A DNA stretch of 64,000 nucleotides from Nemertoderma westbladi (Eukaryota > Animalia > Xenacoelomorpha). The stretch lies in contig JAUCBJ010006658.1 of the NCBI GenBank assembly GCA_032718475.1, positions 21,738 to 85,737 of the forward strand, in the 5' to 3' direction. The stretch's first letter is position 1; the number at the start of each line of letters is the position of its first letter. The notes beneath the pieces are model-generated. The model saw only the letters and a list, made by a program, of their open reading frames with translations. It ran no database searches and was not told the DNA's origin. Made by a program: the position numbers and the translations under genes. Positions 59,786-64,000 of this stretch are shown in pieces.

Positions 59786-62700
59786 ATGTCTGATACTAAG
59801 CAGAACCTGTCAGACAGTATATTAGATGTAACTATCTGCGACTCAGATAGAGACGCACAACCGTCTGGTCGTAAATCTAGTTCACCTCCCACTGTGAGGA
59901 AGGTCATCCCTCCAGTAGTAATAACAGAACCTAGGCTAGTCCAACATCGTAGGTCTATCATAGGCACTCGAGCTCAGGTCAAGCGGGACCAACAAGCAGC
60001 GGAACAGCAACAACCCGCTAGTCAAGAACTTATTCCTCAGCGGCCCAGCAGCTCCAGTAGTGAGGATACTGTAGAGCTGACACCCGAGAGCGGAGCAGAG
60101 AGGACGGATGCGGTTTATACGGATCCCCTTCTCATCCTTCCTGCAGCCATGCTCGCTGGGTTATTGATCGCGGTGGAAGAACACCAGATCGATTGGGCGA
60201 GGAGTCAACGATCAACTAGAGATAGTTATGCGGGGTACACGAGGGAAGAATTGAAGTCTATTGTTGAGTCGCAATGGAACTTCCCCGGACCCGGACTCCC
60301 GTTTGATTTATCAGAAGCTGCCTGGGAAGACATACACCGGATGGGAGTAGCCAAGGAAACCATCGATCCAGCTGTATGGAAGAGGTCCGCAGCCGGATAC
60401 GCACAGGGATTCTTCAGCTCTATGGAGCGAGTAGAAAGACAACTATTTAAACAACCTCAAGGACCTCAAGAGCAGGAACAGCTGCTTTATCAAGTTAGAG
60501 AAAGAGTTCTGCGAATTAGGCTAATCTTATCCGCCTTTGAGGAGGCTTCTAAAAGAAGACAAGACACGTCGTTGCAAGTTGCCGTAAAGACTTGGCTTCA
60601 AAGGGTGAGACACCAGGTTCAAGGAGCAGCTCAGTGGAAAGTTCAGTTGGAGGAGCGCTCAACCCATGGAGAATCGACGGACGCTACTTTTTCCCAAGTG
60701 GAAAGTGAAGCGACGGCAGAGAAACCGCATAAGAAGGATGCCATTGATATCTATCTGTCAGACTATCAGCGTTTTTTGGGAGATGAAGAGTTGAGGAGAA
60801 GGCTAGAGGGACTTAGCCCTAATAGCGAAGGAGCCAAACTTGTGTTAGATGCGATTGATGTGGATAGGTTAGCGGCGAACCAAGCTAAATTCGATGAACA
60901 ACTCCGCATCGCTAGAGAAAGGGAAGAACAAGTAAGGAAAAAACGTATAGAAGACAGAAAGATAGCAGCAGTGGCAGAGGCAGAAAGAAAAGCGGCAGCG
61001 GCAGAGGCAAAAGCGGCAGCGGCAGCGGCAAAAGCGGCAGCAGTGGCGGAAGCAGAACGAAAAGCGGCAGCGGCAGAGGCAAAAGCGGCAGCGGCAGCGG
61101 CAAAAGCGGCAGCAGTGGCGGAAGCAGAACGAAAAGCGGCAGCGGCAGAGGCAAAAGCGGCAGCAGCAGAGGCAAAAGCGGCAGCAGTGGCGGAAGTAGA
61201 ACGAAAAGCGGCTGAAGAGATCATCCAACTGGAGTTGGAAAATCTTCAAGAGAAGCAAGACGACTTCAGTAAACAGTTAGCAGCTAGTAATATGCAGATG
61301 ATGAGTCGATCTACTTCCAAAAGACAGGGGTATACATCATCTGAGGAAGGCGATACCACCGACACTGAAGGCGGAAGAAATCGATCTCGCCTAAGCAGAC
61401 GTAAAAGAACATTCCACCGGCAGAAATTGCCTGATTTGCCTCCAGCTGTTAGAAGGCAACTAAATAACACCAAAGTAGGTAGTACAGAACCCACAGACCA
61501 AATGATTACAATAGAAAGACTCCCTACTATAGTAGATGAGCCTGAAATAAGTAGGCCTGTTTTTGAAATCACCCCTTCGGTAATAGATACACCTGTGCTC
61601 CCTGAAGCTACATATAAATTCCCTCTGCATAGCACTAAGCTACCTGTGCCCCGTAGAACTGCCCAGGAGACAGTTCAGGTCCTGGACCCCGAGCGAAATA
61701 TTCCAATTTTGTCGCCCGTTGTCCCTTGTCTGCCCGCTACGACGTTGGCGGATCCCGTTTCGGCGGTTGATTGGGTAGACGAGAGACGGCGGGGGATGGA
61801 TATTCTCCTCGGAGAGATGAAGGAGAATCGGAGACTCTCCTCCCAACAGGTCCGAGAGTTGGAAGGGACTGTCCAACATTTAAAGGGAACAGTGAGGGAA
61901 AGTAAGTTAGAGTTGCAAGAAGTGCAGCAAAATATCGCGCTAGAGCGCGATAAATTAGTAAATTTACAAAAGGGTATACCACCACCCCCTGTAACAATGT
62001 GTCAACCCATTAGGTCTGAAGTATCTCATGCGCAAGGTGTGGAGCCTACACGCATTTATACTGCTAGCGAAGTAGAAACTCCTATAGTGAACCCTATTAA
62101 GGGTAATTATAGACCTGTTGGTAATGATATTCCCTATGGAACTGATCATATTCCGAGAAATTTATATACCGATAACTCGATATTAAACAGCACGATGGCC
62201 CAAGAAAGTTTTACGCGTCAAATGGCTAGAACCGAAGCCCGGCAAGCGGTAAAGGTGGGAGAGATCGTCAAGTTCAATGGAGATGAGATGAAATGGTTAC
62301 CTTTTAATGAATATTACAAAGATAACATACAGAACTCTGTACTATCTAATGGAGAAAAACTTAGATACCTCATCGAGTGCTTGGAAGGATCTCCCAAGTT
62401 AATGGCGTTAAAGTTTATTGGACATCCAGACGGATTAAGACAAGTTTGGGACACACTAAACATCAGGTATGGTAATAGGACTAACATAGCTAGGTATTTA
62501 TATGCGAAATTAATGGCGCCCCGAAAGTTTCTTAGCAGCGGGATTATAGAGTTTTCCGATGAGATTCAGGAGATCTGTAGACAACTAGATTGGTTAGGTA
62601 AGTCTCATGAATACCAGAATTCTATGGTTGTAGGAGCCTTAGCATCTACTTTGCCCAAGGGTGGAGTAGGTACACGCTGGGACAAGAAGGTGTTATATAT

Positions 62701-64000
62701 GATGGAACAACAACGACGAGACCCTACCATGAGTGATCTCATGTCATTCTTAGATAGAGAAGTGAAATTACAGCTCCTAAGGCAGTCCAGAGAGAAGACA
62801 TTGGAAAACAAGGTAAGTGAGAAACCCGTTTCTAGGAGAAGGGTAACACCAGTATGTTATACCGACGATGGTGAAAGCCAAACTTCTCAAGGAGAGGACA
62901 ACGGGAAAGACACTGACAGATCTTATTATGTCAATAAAATGCCTAAAGATCAGGTAAGTAAATCCGAGTCTCGACCCAATGACAGAAGGGAACCGGTACA
63001 AAAAACCCTTCCTACGTCTCCTAAAAGAATTCAGGTGAGAAAGCCCGAGGAAAGAACAAGTGTGCACCACATAGCACAGGTTAAAGTAAGTAACATCAAG
63101 CCGAAATGTGTGCTGTGCGACGGGCCCCACCGTTTAAATGCGTGTGATAAATTCCTGAGGAAATCACTTGAGGATAGACGTGAAGTCATGTGGGATAAGC
63201 GGTTGTGTTATAATTGCCTCAGACGAGGACACCAACGGCGAACCTGTTTCTCTGACATAAAGGTGTGCAAAGTGTGGTGCGAAACATCATATCTTGTTGC
63301 ACGCTGAATTCGATCGAAATAGTCCGAATCAGGTAAGTGATTCCGAGCTACATGTCCAATTCAGTGATGTGAACGACACTGATCAATCTGAGATGGAAGG
63401 ATTCTATACAGATGAGTTCTCCGACGAAAACGAATCCTGTTACATGATAAATACCGCAGTGTATCGAGCACTCACATATGAAAAGGATACAGACAACGAC
63501 TTCACTCTAACTACTTCTGAACGACAACCATCTTGGAAAGAGCCATCTTCCAATGTAGGGATCCGAGAGTTTCCTGTGGTGCAAGTAAGGGTTCACGGAC
63601 CTGAGAGGAGTTATGTAGTAAACGCCCTCCTGGACTCCGGCAGCACAGGAACATTCATCGATAAAGAGTTAGCCGAAGATATATTTGCTGGACAACCCAA
63701 GTTCCAAACTAAGCTCAATATGTCGGGCATTATGCAAGTTTGGAAATCTACAATAACAGCTGATTATTATGTCGGAGCGTTGTCCACCCCCCAGGACGAA
63801 TTAGGAAAAAACAGCATAAGGTCAGTGAAAATGGTGGCTATAAAGAACTTCGCTACTACTCAGGCAGACCTTTATGATTGGGATGAGGATGAGAGCATCC
63901 AACATCTTAACATACCTCGATTCCAGACTGATTATCCTGGAGTGCAAATACTCATCGGCCAAAACGCGCATGAGGCGCTGGAGACGTTAGAGAAACGACC
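59786..64000 (+). CDS. BEL/Pao gag-protease polyprotein (1-bp frameshift near 63262, partial)
   Basis: 1173-aa ORF with DUF1759-like region and zinc knuckles. An extra G relative to element 1 shifts the frame before the third knuckle. LLDSGS protease motif near 63630. Confidence 0.88.

Larger units (their letters stand above)
57264..64000 (+). mobile_element. BEL/Pao LTR retrotransposon 2 (runs off window)
   Basis: 5' LTR 57264-58486 (TGTAAAAG...CGAACA) inserted at a site that is empty in unit 1 (about 14147). Leader and gag are homologous to element 1. Confidence 0.93.

Noticed and set aside
60766-61258. Antisense Ala-, Cys/Arg- and Leu/Pro-rich ORFs
   Set aside because: Shadow frames of the Gag alanine repeat.

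Overview
AT-rich eukaryotic (invertebrate-like) genomic DNA dominated by transposons. The backbone is a tandem segmental duplication. Unit 1 spans about 1-15917. Unit 2 starts at 15918 and, once insertions are removed, is 15918-18160 plus 45874-57263. Each unit carries an intronless C2H2 zinc-finger ORF (about 10 and about 23 fingers). Unit 2 is expanded by a nest: an RTE LINE (18161-45873) contains an antisense RTE and a ~24-kb block. That block holds a CCGG-rich satellite, an EnSpm/CMC DNA transposon, a 12.1-kb deleted BEL/Pao LTR element and a DHRS1-like pseudogene. A related solo LTR (2366-3525) and a second BEL/Pao element (57264 to the window end) are also present, along with CR1/L2-type LINE pieces, IS3EU-like and MULE-like non-autonomous elements, Helentron-like HINEs and many minisatellites. 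The most notable observation is that neither BEL/Pao element has a tRNA primer-binding site. Instead, the 11 nt after the 5' LTR are complementary to a homologous 11-nt site inside the LTR, with three compensatory changes between the two elements. This is the signature of Tf1-type self-primed reverse transcription, which I do not know to be described for BEL/Pao. All alignments were done by eye and family names come from motif recall, not database searches.
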